From a virus (taxonomy: Duplodnaviria; Caudoviricetes), in IMG/VR virus record IMGVR_UViG_3300044698_000164, positions 1-33,984 of that record: a stretch of DNA of 33,984 nucleotides; one strand, written 5' to 3'. The notes beneath the pieces were generated by a model. The model was given only the letters and a program-made list of their open reading frames with translations. It had not been told where the DNA came from and did no database searches. Shown here piece after piece: positions 1-8,295 of this stretch (its first letter is position 1; the number at the start of each line of letters is the position of its first letter). A program made the translations under genes and the position numbers.

Positions 1-61
1 GTGGTGGGGGGGTGGATCGCGTGTGGGGGGTGCCCCCCTCCCCTAAGGCATTGAATGAATG

Positions 62-403
62 TCACCACAGGTCACGTTCCAATGGTATTCTTACGCCATT
101 TCCGTGCCGATTGTTATTGCCGAGCGTGGCGCCGTCTGATCTGCCACATCGCGCGTGTTCTGGCCGCGTGTTACTAATAGCGTTGCATTGTTCGGCTGTC
201 CATTGTGCGCGCCTGGCGTGGTAGCGGCTGGTGATGTGGCCGACGTCGAGACTGTTGGGTTGCCCTGGGGTGGTGGTGATGGATACGCCTGGCATCTGGC
301 ATCGGGTGGCCTGGCACGCCGGGTTGTAGTCGATGACCTGCCGTTCCCAGTGCGCGCGTGCTGCGCGCCAGGTGGGGTGGTCGAGCCACGGGTCTCGTGC
401 CAT
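62..403 (-). CDS. HNH endonuclease (packaging-associated)
   Basis: C-x4-C...LDVGH...NTRPEHARC pattern; last gene before terS on the circular map. Confidence 0.75.
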   Translation of the reverse strand: MARDPWLDHPTWRAARAHWERQVIDYNPACQATRCQMPGVSITTTPGQPNSLDVGHITSRYHARRAQWTAEQCNAISNTRPEHARCGRSDGATLGNNNRHGNGVRIPLERDLW

Positions 404-462
404 GAGCACATGATGCAGCCCACGGCACGGGTGTGCCGTGGGCTGCGAGCGCGGGGGGTCGG

Positions 463-1530
463 TCAGTCGCGGGTGGCGATACCGACGGCCTGCCTCCATA
501 GATCTTCGTTGCTCTCGACCAGCGCGAGAATCTGGTAGATCGTTTCCCGCTGCCTGGCGATGACCTGGTCAGCGGCCGCACCGGACCATGTCGGCGCGCG
601 GTCAAGGATGCGTTGCGACAGGACCGCGATGCGTTCGCCGCGCCGGTTGATTGTCCGTTCGGCTGCAGCCTGGTCGCTCGTGGCTTTCGCCTTGACGTCG
701 GCCAGTTGGCGTCGCAACTGGCTGGCCTCGGCATCGGCGTTGGCGATGTCCTTGCGTGCTTGGGCGAGGGCTGCGCGTGCCTGGTCGCGTTGTTCTGTGA
801 TCGCAATCCCGGCGTCCGTGTTGCGCTCCAGTTCGGCGCGTAGTTGCTTGAGGTCGCCGCTCTTCTGGGTGGCTTCGCGGCGGGCTCTGGCCTCGGCGTC
901 GCGCATCCGGTCGGCCTCGGAGAGCGCTCGTTCCGCGTCACCGAACGCGGTCGCGATGATGTGCGCCTGGCGCTCGGCGTCGGCGCGTGCCTGGTGCAGC
1001 TCGGCGCGGACGCGCCGCGCCTGGGTCCGTTCGGCGTCGTAGCGGGCGGCCACCCGGTGGAACGCGGCCGTGGTCTCGGCGAGGTCAGCGTCGAGCAGGG
1101 CGATCATGCCGTCAACCGCTCGTGCTGCGCCGGGCGTGAGGGTGACCGGGTGCCCGGTGTCGGGGTCGGTGAGGGTCCTGCCGTGCGGCTCTGTGCGGGC
1201 CGTGGACGCGTCGGGGGGTCCGGTGGTACCGGCCGTGGGGGTTTCGTCGGCTGGTGGTGGCGTGGCGGGCCGTTCTGCCGGGGTTGCGTCGGTGGCGTCC
1301 GGCGGGGTCGGGGCCCAGACAACGTGGAGCGGGACGCAGTGTCCGGGGGTGCTGGTGATCGTGACGGTGCGGGAGCGGGTCAGCCGGATCGTCACGGTGA
1401 CCGGGGGCCGCCGCGCGTTGACCATGATCGTGGTCCAGCCCAGCACCTCGGCGGGGATGATCCCGAGTTGCGCGAACGTGCAGCCGGTGAAGGCGAGATC
1501 ATTTGTGAGCCGGTCAATGTCAACGATCAT
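463..1530 (-). CDS. Hypothetical protein with Pro/Thr linker and long coiled coil
   Basis: 355-aa ORF with AGGAG RBS; heptad-rich Ala/Glu/Arg C-terminal half. Confidence 0.7.
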   Translation of the reverse strand: MIVDIDRLTNDLAFTGCTFAQLGIIPAEVLGWTTIMVNARRPPVTVTIRLTRSRTVTITSTPGHCVPLHVVWAPTPPDATDATPAERPATPPPADETPTAGTTGPPDASTARTEPHGRTLTDPDTGHPVTLTPGAARAVDGMIALLDADLAETTAAFHRVAARYDAERTQARRVRAELHQARADAERQAHIIATAFGDAERALSEADRMRDAEARARREATQKSGDLKQLRAELERNTDAGIAITEQRDQARAALAQARKDIANADAEASQLRRQLADVKAKATSDQAAAERTINRRGERIAVLSQRILDRAPTWSGAAADQVIARQRETIYQILALVESNEDLWRQAVGIATRD

Positions 1531-1798
1531 CAGTGGTGCTCCTGGTGGTGTGGCTGGGCGGGGTGATGGTGGCGTGGTAGCGGGCGCACAGGTGGCGGGT
1601 GGGGGTGATGTCCCAGCCTGCGAGTGCCGCGCGGGTCTCGGCGGCCGCGGGGTCGGTGGTGGTCAGGGTGATGCGCTGTGGGCACGTGCCGTACGGGCTG
1701 ACGTGGTCACAGACGTACGTGAGGCCCATCACCGGGGCACTGATTCCCTCGAGCGAACTGCACTCGTCTGGTGCAGATATGTCGGTCGGGGTCCGCAT
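1520..1798 (-). CDS. Small Cys/His hypothetical protein
   Basis: GGGAG RBS before ATG 1798; CD...C...GW...LC..H pattern common in actinophage small proteins. Confidence 0.6.
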   Translation of the reverse strand: MRTPTDISAPDECSSLEGISAPVMGLTYVCDHVSPYGTCPQRITLTTTDPAAAETRAALAGWDITPTRHLCARYHATITPPSHTTRSTTDDR

Positions 1799-2061
1799 GT
1801 CTTCTCCCTGGTCGAGAGTGCGTGGAGCACGTCGGGGGCCGGTGGGTCGACCCACTCAGTGATCGTGACCACCGGCGGGTCTGTGGGCATCGGGGGGAGC
1901 GGGTACGGGCGCCGTTCGTCGAGCCGGGTCGATGCGATGACGAGCGCGGCGAAGACCACAGCGAGGACCACGAGCGCGGCGAGGAGGATCCGGCTTGTGC
2001 GCTCAATCTCGCCGGCCGTGAAGTCTGGCCGGCCGGGGTTCGGTGGCCGCTGGTCCGTCAC
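1729..2061 (-). CDS. Single-TM hypothetical protein
   Basis: GTGA-coupled start; hydrophobic ILLAALVVLAVVFAALVIA. Confidence 0.55.
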   Translation of the reverse strand: MTDQRPPNPGRPDFTAGEIERTSRILLAALVVLAVVFAALVIASTRLDERRPYPLPPMPTDPPVVTITEWVDPPAPDVLHALSTREKTCGPRPTYLHQTSAVRSRESVPR

Positions 2062-2210
2062 CGTTCGGCCCCCGCCCCGAGGCTGGCGCAGAGCCCGGCG
2101 GCTAGGACGGCCGCGGCCCATGCGAGGACCGGGCCTCCGGTGACGGCCAGAGCGCAGCCGACCCCGGAGGACCATCCCGCGGCGAGCGTCCAAGCGTCCC
2201 GGGGGGTCAC
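2058..2210 (-). CDS. Small membrane protein
   Basis: GTGA overlaps at both ends; hydrophobic 50 aa. Confidence 0.5.
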   Translation of the reverse strand: MTPRDAWTLAAGWSSGVGCALAVTGGPVLAWAAAVLAAGLCASLGAGAER

Positions 2211-2503
2211 CGCTGCCTCCTGCGCCGGGCGACCTGCCGCTGCCGGTAGGCCTGGTGCATCTGCCGGCGCTCGGTGCGCTCCTGGCGCTCTGCGCGGCGC
2301 CGGCGCCGGAGTACCGCTTGCACGGTGGCTCTGTCGCTGCAGTAGCCGAGCAGATCGACCGAGACCAACCGGACGGGAGTCCACCGGGGGTCATGGCACG
2401 AACACCGCTGGTCCACGCACCGGCACGGGCCGGTGCCGTCGCACGGGCACGCCACCGGGCCCGTGTGCTCTGGTAGTGCGTTTCTGGCGCTGGCCTCGGT
2501 CAT
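2207..2503 (-). CDS. Cys-rich, Arg-rich hypothetical protein
   Basis: ATGA-coupled; CPC...CRC...CSCH followed by a basic helix. Confidence 0.55.
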   Translation of the reverse strand: MTEASARNALPEHTGPVACPCDGTGPCRCVDQRCSCHDPRWTPVRLVSVDLLGYCSDRATVQAVLRRRRRAERQERTERRQMHQAYRQRQVARRRRQR

Positions 2504-2607
2504 GATCCGGCCATGAATCGGCGGGCCGTGGTGATGATGTGCCAGGTGATGAATGCTCCGAGTGCTGGCAGGGATATGCGGGTGGGGGGTGGGGGTGGGG
2601 TGGTCAT
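2500..2607 (-). CDS. 35-aa micro-ORF (MTTPPPPPTRISLPALGAFITWHIITTARRFMAGS)
   Basis: ATGA overlap with the rep stop and with the next gene start; below the ORF-track cutoff. Confidence 0.45.
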   Translation of the reverse strand: MTTPPPPPTRISLPALGAFITWHIITTARRFMAGS

Positions 2608-3341
2608 GACGCCTCCGGGGTGATCGTTTCGGGGTGGTGCCGGGTCCAGTCGTGCAGTGCTCGGGTCTGCCGGGTCCTCTCGTCGATTGGATCATGGTTC
2701 GCGCTCGGCAAGATCGTCCCCTGGTGAGGTACAGGAGTAGGTGAGTAGTGGGTGGTGGTTTGGTTGGTACATGGTGGGTGCTCACTCAGGTGAGCGCAGT
2801 AGGGGCCAAAAGTGAGCGCAGTAGGGTCCGAAAGTGAGCGCAGTAGCGGGTCGGTTACAGGTCCTACTGCGCTCACCTGACCGAGCGCAGTACCTCGGTT
2901 ATCCACAGGTTCATCCACAGGGTTATCCACAGGTTCGGGGGTCTCTACTGCGCTCGCCACGGTGAGCGGAGTAGGACCAGTCTCGGCACCCGGGGCAGGG
3001 TCCGCCGGCCGCTCGTCCGGGTCCAGCAGCGTGAACCGGTCCAGGGCATCCACGGGGACCGTCAACCGGTATTCAGCGGACCGCGCGTTAACCCCCCGGC
3101 CGCCACCGTGCGACAACTGTTCGATAAGGCCATCGGAACGCAACTCGGCGACATAACGGCGCACCGTGGACATTCCCATGCCGGTAACGGACGCTAACCG
3201 TGGTTCCCCCGGCCGGATACCGCCACCCTTAATATCCCCGTATTGCGCGAGAATACACGCGACGAGTTTACGTTTCTGCGGCATCACGATACGGCGGATA
3301 ATCCTCTCCCACTCGAACCGTCCGCACGGCTGCAGCTCCAC
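2604..3341 (-). CDS. Helix-turn-helix replication initiator (RepA/O-like); alternative start 3371
   Basis: N-terminal winged HTH (RPGEPRLASVTGMGMSTVRRYVAELRSDGLI); low-complexity linker containing iterons; GGGAGG RBS before GTG 3341. Confidence 0.8.
   Translation of the reverse strand: MELQPCGRFEWERIIRRIVMPQKRKLVACILAQYGDIKGGGIRPGEPRLASVTGMGMSTVRRYVAELRSDGLIEQLSHGGGRGVNARSAEYRLTVPVDALDRFTLLDPDERPADPAPGAETGPTPLTVASAVETPEPVDNPVDEPVDNRGTALGQVSAVGPVTDPLLRSLSDPTALTFGPYCAHLSEHPPCTNQTTTHYSPTPVPHQGTILPSANHDPIDERTRQTRALHDWTRHHPETITPEAS
2790..2974. repeat. Replication-origin iterons GTGAGCGCAGTAG
   Basis: Exact direct copies at 2790, 2812, 2834 (22-bp period); exact inverted copy 2864-2876; variants at 2883, 2945 (inverted) and 2962. 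Confidence 0.9.
2899..2931 (+). promoter_or_regulatory. Three tandem DnaA boxes
   Basis: TTATCCACA 2899-2907, TCATCCACA 2911-2919, TTATCCACA 2923-2931; 12-bp period, flanked by iterons. Confidence 0.85.
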
Positions 3342-3397
3342 TGGCGGCCTCCCTGGTCGACGTGCCGGCATCCTCCCTCCCCCGTCACCAGCGGCCG

Positions 3398-3838
3398 CTA
3401 CGTGGCCCCCGCAGCACGCCGTGCGGCCTTCCGGCGCCTGCAGTACTCCCGGTTCGCCCGGTCCTCGTCTGGGGTCATCGGGCGGCCCCCACGGCGGGCC
3501 CGCTGCCTCGCCGCGCGGCCAGCACGCAACCGCTTGTCCGTCCACCCCGCAGCCTCGATCCGTTCATCGGCCCTCAGAGCAGCCAGGGTCGTGGCCAGCG
3601 CGTCACGAGCCCGCGCCGCCCTGCTCCGGGCACGCTCGATCTCGGCCAGCAGACGCGCCGTCCGTGGTGTCCCCGGTTGCGGCATCGGCAGCCACCGGGA
3701 GGCCTGCCGCATCCGCTCGTCGTACCGGGCCCGGCGGACCGCCATCGCTTCGGCCAGCACCTCGCGGTACGCGGCTTCCCGGGCCGGTAACGGCATGGTC
3801 CGCCACCGGTCCGTCAGCGACCCGCCAGGGTCCGTCAC
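3398..3838 (-). CDS. Arg/Ala-rich helical hypothetical protein
   Basis: GTGA-coupled start; 146 aa. Confidence 0.55.
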   Translation of the reverse strand: MTDPGGSLTDRWRTMPLPAREAAYREVLAEAMAVRRARYDERMRQASRWLPMPQPGTPRTARLLAEIERARSRAARARDALATTLAALRADERIEAAGWTDKRLRAGRAARQRARRGGRPMTPDEDRANREYCRRRKAARRAAGAT

Positions 3839-3996
3839 GGGCCGGTCATCGCGTCGTCGCTGTGGCACCAGCAGGAGCAGGCGACCAGCGCGTCATCCTC
3901 ACCACACCACCCGTCCCCCGAGCACGCCGCGTGCTTGTGTTGCTTGCAGTCCGGGGACCGGTGGGTTTCCGCGTTCGGGGCAGGGCAGCGGGTCAT
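3835..3996 (-). CDS. Small Cys/His (CxCxCH) protein
   Basis: ATGA-coupled; SPDC...KH..C.G..W...CSCWCH. Confidence 0.65.
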   Translation of the reverse strand: MTRCPAPNAETHRSPDCKQHKHAACSGDGWCGEDDALVACSCWCHSDDAMTGP

Positions 3997-4379
3997 GCGG
4001 CGCCGTCCTGTGCCTGCTCCGGGTCGGCCAGGCGTGCCGCGGCCGCAGCGAGCCGCCGGGAGGTCGCTCGCGCGAGGTTCCCGTACGGGTCGGCCGGTAC
4101 CCCGGAGACGTTCCACCAGACCCCGCCGGCGACACCGAACCGGTCGCCCCGAGGCTGGTCGAGCATCGCATCCATGCACTGATCACGTACGGGGCAAGGC
4201 CTCGGGCGCGGTCCGTGGCCCTGGCAGTAGTCGAACGCCATACGCAACGCTACGGGGACGTTCGTCCGGGTCATCGTGGCTGCGTGGGTGAGCACCCGGT
4301 CCGGGACCATCACGTCAGGGTCAGCGGACCCACACTCGGCATGGAACCGCCAATCATTGTCGCCGTTCCACGCAGTCAC
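3993..4379 (-). CDS. whiB: WhiB-family transcription factor (atypical)
   Basis: W-x5-C...C-x9-CPVRDQC...FGVAGG; four Cys and a G(V/I)xGG turn. Confidence 0.75.
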   Translation of the reverse strand: MTAWNGDNDWRFHAECGSADPDVMVPDRVLTHAATMTRTNVPVALRMAFDYCQGHGPRPRPCPVRDQCMDAMLDQPRGDRFGVAGGVWWNVSGVPADPYGNLARATSRRLAAAAARLADPEQAQDGAA

Positions 4380-4579
4380 CACTGGGCGGTCCGCTCGACG
4401 CCGGGCCGGAACCCAGACACGTGATCAACAGTGGTCTGCAGGCACCGCTGGTGATCCTGCCGGAACACCCCGGCATCTGTCCGGGCGGAACGGATCCCGC
4501 TCGTCGTGACACTGATCGACGCACCGCAACGGCACGTCAGCGCGATAGTCGTCTGGAGTCTGGCTGGCTTGTCCGTCAC
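4376..4579 (-). CDS. Small hypothetical protein (CxCG...H..C)
   Basis: GGAGGAGG RBS; GTGA coupling. Confidence 0.55.
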   Translation of the reverse strand: MTDKPARLQTTIALTCRCGASISVTTSGIRSARTDAGVFRQDHQRCLQTTVDHVSGFRPGVERTAQW

Positions 4580-4785
4580 GCCTCCTCCTCCTGCTCCTGC
4601 TGGCGCTTCCGGCGCCGCTGCAACCGGGCAGGGTCCTTCGCTGCGAGGGCCAGTTCGTAGGCCTCCCGCATCCTGCTCACGGGTGTCCGCGGCGCGTGGT
4701 GGCATTCACAGCCGGGGCACCCGGTGCAGTGGTGTGGCCGGTCGCCGCGGCATCCTGGCGAACGGTACGTGTCGCTGACCATCAC
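4576..4785 (-). CDS. Small Cys/His protein
   Basis: AAAGGGA RBS; SPGC...HHCTGCPGCECH. Confidence 0.6.
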   Translation of the reverse strand: MMVSDTYRSPGCRGDRPHHCTGCPGCECHHAPRTPVSRMREAYELALAAKDPARLQRRRKRQQEQEEEA

Positions 4786-4848
4786 GTGGTCCCTTTCTGT
4801 GGGGTGGCACGGGGGTAGGCGAGGGCCCCCGTGCCGTTGTCCTGGCCG

Positions 4849-5346
4849 CTACTCGCCGAGCCGCGGGTGAGCGACGTTCCGGAGGATGTCCCGGATCGCC
4901 TCGACGTCTTTCCGGAGGCTCCCAGCAGTCGATTTCGGTTGCGCCAGAACCGCCACGGCGTAATCGTGTGCGGCCCGGAGCGCGCCCACGGACCGGGCTG
5001 CCTCCTCATACGCGAGGTTCTCCCCGAGCCGCCGCATCGTCCCTTCGGACGCCGTGTAGTCCTGTTCTTCCGTCAAGGTGCCTTGCGCGGTCCGCAGCAC
5101 GTACAGCGCGTTCATCGCTTCCCGGAGCGCGTCCACCTGTTCCCCGGTAGGAACCTCCACCGCGGAAATACGGCACTTCACTACCGCGTCTTTCTCCTCG
5201 TCCGGTGCTGGTTGTGTGCGCTCTGTGTGCTGCAGCTCCACTATCGCGACGGTCCGGCACCCCGGACGGTCATAGATCCCTTTCACATGCGGGCCGAGAA
5301 CGTCACCCGCGCCTTTCCCGATGCCGTCCAGTTTGAGAGTGGTCAC
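4849..5346 (-). CDS. Conserved actinophage hypothetical protein
   Basis: GTGA-coupled; AIVEL...ER...V..RI..VEV...Y..RT..GTL pattern; GC3-rich codons. Confidence 0.7.
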   Translation of the reverse strand: MTTLKLDGIGKGAGDVLGPHVKGIYDRPGCRTVAIVELQHTERTQPAPDEEKDAVVKCRISAVEVPTGEQVDALREAMNALYVLRTAQGTLTEEQDYTASEGTMRRLGENLAYEEAARSVGALRAAHDYAVAVLAQPKSTAGSLRKDVEAIRDILRNVAHPRLGE

Positions 5347-5786
5347 GCCGGATCCTGTTCTGCGAGTAGGGAAATCTGACCGGTCCCCGGTTGAGGGCGG
5401 GTCGCGTGCTCCTCGACCGGACGGAACACCAGCCGCATACCGTCGTACCCGACCCGTTGCGGCGCAACGAAAGTTATCGCGTGCACCCATCTCGGGCCGT
5501 CGTCCGCGAGCACCCCCGAATCGACCACACCGTCAATCGCGCCCTTCGCTGCCAGCGCGCAAGCCAGCGCATCAGCGATGCCCCGGGCCCGGAACTCCTG
5601 CACCGTGATCGTTACCGGGACACGGAACCCCGGGAGCCCGGACGTCTCCTCCTTCGCCCACGCCCGCCACTCCCGGATCTCAGTGCGCCGTATCGGGACC
5701 ACCACGCCGAGCAACTCATTCAGCGTCCCCGGGCGATGCCTCCGCTCGATCCACAACGGCCCGCGCGGGCCCACCGGGCCGGTCAC
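5343..5786 (-). CDS. RusA-like Holliday junction resolvase
   Basis: TLN...WR...V.ITV...D...K.AIDG.VD.GVL.DD..RWV motif. Confidence 0.75.
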   Translation of the reverse strand: MTGPVGPRGPLWIERRHRPGTLNELLGVVVPIRRTEIREWRAWAKEETSGLPGFRVPVTITVQEFRARGIADALACALAAKGAIDGVVDSGVLADDGPRWVHAITFVAPQRVGYDGMRLVFRPVEEHATRPQPGTGQISLLAEQDPA

Positions 5787-5920
5787 CGGACCCACCACCG
5801 GACGTCATCGCGCGGGACCGGTGCGACCCTGCAGCGGCACGCCTGGTACCGCCCGACCCGCGGGCACCAGGCGTGCTCTGCCAGCGCAGCACGGACGGCG
5901 CCTAGCGGGACACGCCTCAC
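5783..5920 (-). CDS. 45-aa hypothetical protein
   Basis: GTGA overlaps at both ends (VRRVPLGAVRAALAEHAWCP...CRC...WWVR). Confidence 0.45.
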   Translation of the reverse strand: MRRVPLGAVRAALAEHAWCPRVGRYQACRCRVAPVPRDDVRWWVR

Positions 5921-6012
5921 GACAGCCACCCCATCACCCGGCACCCCAGCAGGACCAGCACGGCCGCCGTGCTGGTCGCCACGCACACGGCCCGGACGTC
6001 GCGTGACCTCAC
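5917..6012 (-). CDS. 31-aa hydrophobic micro-ORF
   Basis: GTGA overlaps at both ends (VRSRDVRAVCVATSTAAVLVLLGCRVMGWLS). Confidence 0.4.
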   Translation of the reverse strand: MRSRDVRAVCVATSTAAVLVLLGCRVMGWLS

Positions 6013-7181
6013 CGGACCTCACCCGCGTCCTGCGCTGCGATGGCGGCCGCGTAGTCGTCGTCCGGGTCCACCTGCGGCACCTGGCCAGCCGCGGCGACCT
6101 GGCCGCCGTCAACCTCAGCCGCGGCCGCCTCGACCCACCGGGCCCCAGCGTCCCCCGTCAGCGAGTGCAGGACCAGGCCCGCCTGCTCTGTCGTGAGCTG
6201 GTCAAGCGACGACTGGCCCGTGATCGCGGCGAGCAGCCACCGCGTGAGCGCCTTGTCCCGGTTGCTGCGCCCGCCGATGCCGCGTTCGGTGAGCGCCGCC
6301 CGGACCAGCGCGACGTCACCAGCGGACGCCGGCAGGGTGATGGTCCGTTCCGGGTCCTGCTGGACCGGTGCCGGTGGCGGTGTGCTGGCCGGGGCCACGG
6401 TGACGATGTCGGCCATCGTGAGCCGTCCGGCCGGAAACTCTTCTGCCGTAGTCGTTTCGCCCCGTTCGATGGAACGGAACAGAACCCCCAGGGTGACCAG
6501 GTCATCGGGGGTCCACACGGACGACGGATACCCCATGCGCGACTCGGCGCGTTCCCTGGTGACACCGAGCGCGGCCAGCCGCTCCAGCGCTACCCCGACC
6601 CGGGACTGCAGCGGGGTACCGTCGCCAGCCTTCATTGTCGCGCGGCAAATTTCCTGTGCCTCGTCGGTGAACCACGGGGGCAGGATCGCGAAAACCATTG
6701 ACCGGACACGCCTAGCGCCATGGTTCGCGTTGTTGTCGTAGATATCCCGCAGCGACGTCAGCGGCGCCCGCGACCCGTCCACGTCCCTCTCATGCGGCAC
6801 GACGAACGTGGTCGACGTCCGCGTATTCGTCTGCACGTCCCAAGCGAACGCCAGCATTTCCGACTGTGCCGCAATGTCATCGCGCCGCAGTTCCGTCAGG
6901 CCGTACTGCACGTTCCCCCAGACCCTGGCCAGTTCCCGGGCCAGATGGATCGACCCGCCAGTGACGTTCTTGCCTCCCTTCCTGAATCCGTAGAAAGCGA
7001 GGTCCGCGAACGCGAACCGCGAACATGAACGGCGCATCTCCGCGGCCGCCCGAGCAGGGTCGCGAGGGCACGCTTGCGCCACCTGGATCTGCCCGAGAAC
7101 CTCTGCGACAGAACGGGATTGCTCAATGGCGGTCCCCTGCCCGATGCGACCCGGGAGTGGGGACGGCTGCAGCTCGGTCAC
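6009..7181 (-). CDS. Putative ssDNA annealing/recombination protein (partner of the RecE-like exonuclease)
   Basis: AIEQSR..AEV...A...PRD...G.SI.LARELAR.WGN.QYG...AWD.QTN...RDIY.NNAN.GARR.R family, typically found next to exonuclease VIII; function inferred from synteny. Confidence 0.65.
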   Translation of the reverse strand: MTELQPSPLPGRIGQGTAIEQSRSVAEVLGQIQVAQACPRDPARAAAEMRRSCSRFAFADLAFYGFRKGGKNVTGGSIHLARELARVWGNVQYGLTELRRDDIAAQSEMLAFAWDVQTNTRTSTTFVVPHERDVDGSRAPLTSLRDIYDNNANHGARRVRSMVFAILPPWFTDEAQEICRATMKAGDGTPLQSRVGVALERLAALGVTRERAESRMGYPSSVWTPDDLVTLGVLFRSIERGETTTAEEFPAGRLTMADIVTVAPASTPPPAPVQQDPERTITLPASAGDVALVRAALTERGIGGRSNRDKALTRWLLAAITGQSSLDQLTTEQAGLVLHSLTGDAGARWVEAAAAEVDGGQVAAAGQVPQVDPDDDYAAAIAAQDAGEVR

Positions 7182-8125
7182 ATGGACTCCTCTCGCGCCC
7201 ACGCGGGCAGCGAAGCTAGATCGATGCCCTGATACCCGGGCCACTCACCGGACGTGGTGCACTTGTCGAACCAATGCTCGGCGACCTGATTCCGGCCGCG
7301 GCCAGCCCTGCGCGCCTCGTCATCCAGTTGAAAAACGTTGACACAGTAGGGCGGGGTGACCTCTTGGACGACGAACAGGCATTCGGGGTCCTCATGCCAC
7401 CCGACCGCACGCAGGCCACCCTCATACCAACCGCCCTGCTGGTGGTATCCGTGCTCGTTCACCTGCCGCTCGAACGATGCCCGGTCCGCGCGGCGAGCGC
7501 TGGTTTTGTAGTCTGCGAAACGGCGTTCACCCGCCCGGATCGCGTCGACACGGGCACGGCACCACCGGCCCGTCAACGGCGAACGCCAGAACATCGACTG
7601 TTCCACCTCGCAATCTTCGCCCAGCAGGGCCGAGGCCTCCGGGTGTCGCCGCAACTCGGCGGCCATGTCCTTGACCTGCTGCCACTCGGCAGTGAGCAGC
7701 GGGACCATGCCCTCAGCGCGTGCCGCGGCCGCGGCATCCTGCGCAGCCTGCCGTTTCCAGTTCTCGGCGGTGACCACCGCCACCGGCCAGCCGCGACCGA
7801 GGACCATCGCGTGTGCGGCGTGCCCGAGGTCGTACGCCCGTTTCGGTGGCTCGCCGTGCTCGCGCCACCATCGGTAGTGGGCTGGGGTGTTCGGCGGGGT
7901 GATCTTCCGTGCCCCGGTGGACGAGAGAGATCCGCCGTCCGCGGCTGGCGCCGGGTCCGCGTGGTACTCGGCCTCGCCGAGGTCGGGGTACAGCCCCTCT
8001 CTGGTGATCTCTGCCCGGAGTAGTCCAGCGGCCGTGGACACGGCGTCCTCAAGCCTGGTCCGGGCTGCGTCCCACTTGGTCACCGCAGACACCAGCCGCT
8101 CGTCGCTTCCCTGGCCGGTCGTCAC
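7178..8125 (-). CDS. RecE/exonuclease VIII-like PD-(D/E)xK nuclease (DUF3799-type)
   Basis: EYHADP...SLSSTGAR...G.AAHA.VL...EQSMFW...CRARVD...DYKT...GYHQQ..WY. Confidence 0.9.
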   Translation of the reverse strand: MTTGQGSDERLVSAVTKWDAARTRLEDAVSTAAGLLRAEITREGLYPDLGEAEYHADPAPAADGGSLSSTGARKITPPNTPAHYRWWREHGEPPKRAYDLGHAAHAMVLGRGWPVAVVTAENWKRQAAQDAAAAARAEGMVPLLTAEWQQVKDMAAELRRHPEASALLGEDCEVEQSMFWRSPLTGRWCRARVDAIRAGERRFADYKTSARRADRASFERQVNEHGYHQQGGWYEGGLRAVGWHEDPECLFVVQEVTPPYCVNVFQLDDEARRAGRGRNQVAEHWFDKCTTSGEWPGYQGIDLASLPAWAREESM

Positions 8126-8295
8126 TGGCCGACTCCCATCGCGTCGTGGCAGTGGCAGTGGCAGGCGACCAGAAGGCGCGCTGACCGGTCAGCGATCAGG
8201 TTCGCCAACTCGACCAGCTCACCCGCGGTGAAGTCCTGCGCGCCCGGAACCTCCATACGCTCCAACAGGTCTCGGGCCTGCTGTTCCGCGCTCAC
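8122..8295 (-). CDS. Small protein ending in CHCHCH
   Basis: GAGG RBS; GTGA coupling at both ends. Confidence 0.6.
   Translation of the reverse strand: MSAEQQARDLLERMEVPGAQDFTAGELVELANLIADRSARLLVACHCHCHDAMGVGQ

Noticed and set aside
2790-2846. Regularly spaced repeats resembling a mini CRISPR array
   Set aside because: 13-bp repeats with 9-bp spacers, inverted copies, inside a rep gene, no cas genes: these are iterons
3166-6701. Long plus-strand ORFs (e.g. 3243-4424, 5391-6701)
   Set aside because: Arg/Pro-rich antisense shadows typical of high-GC DNA, opposite a tightly coupled minus-strand operon
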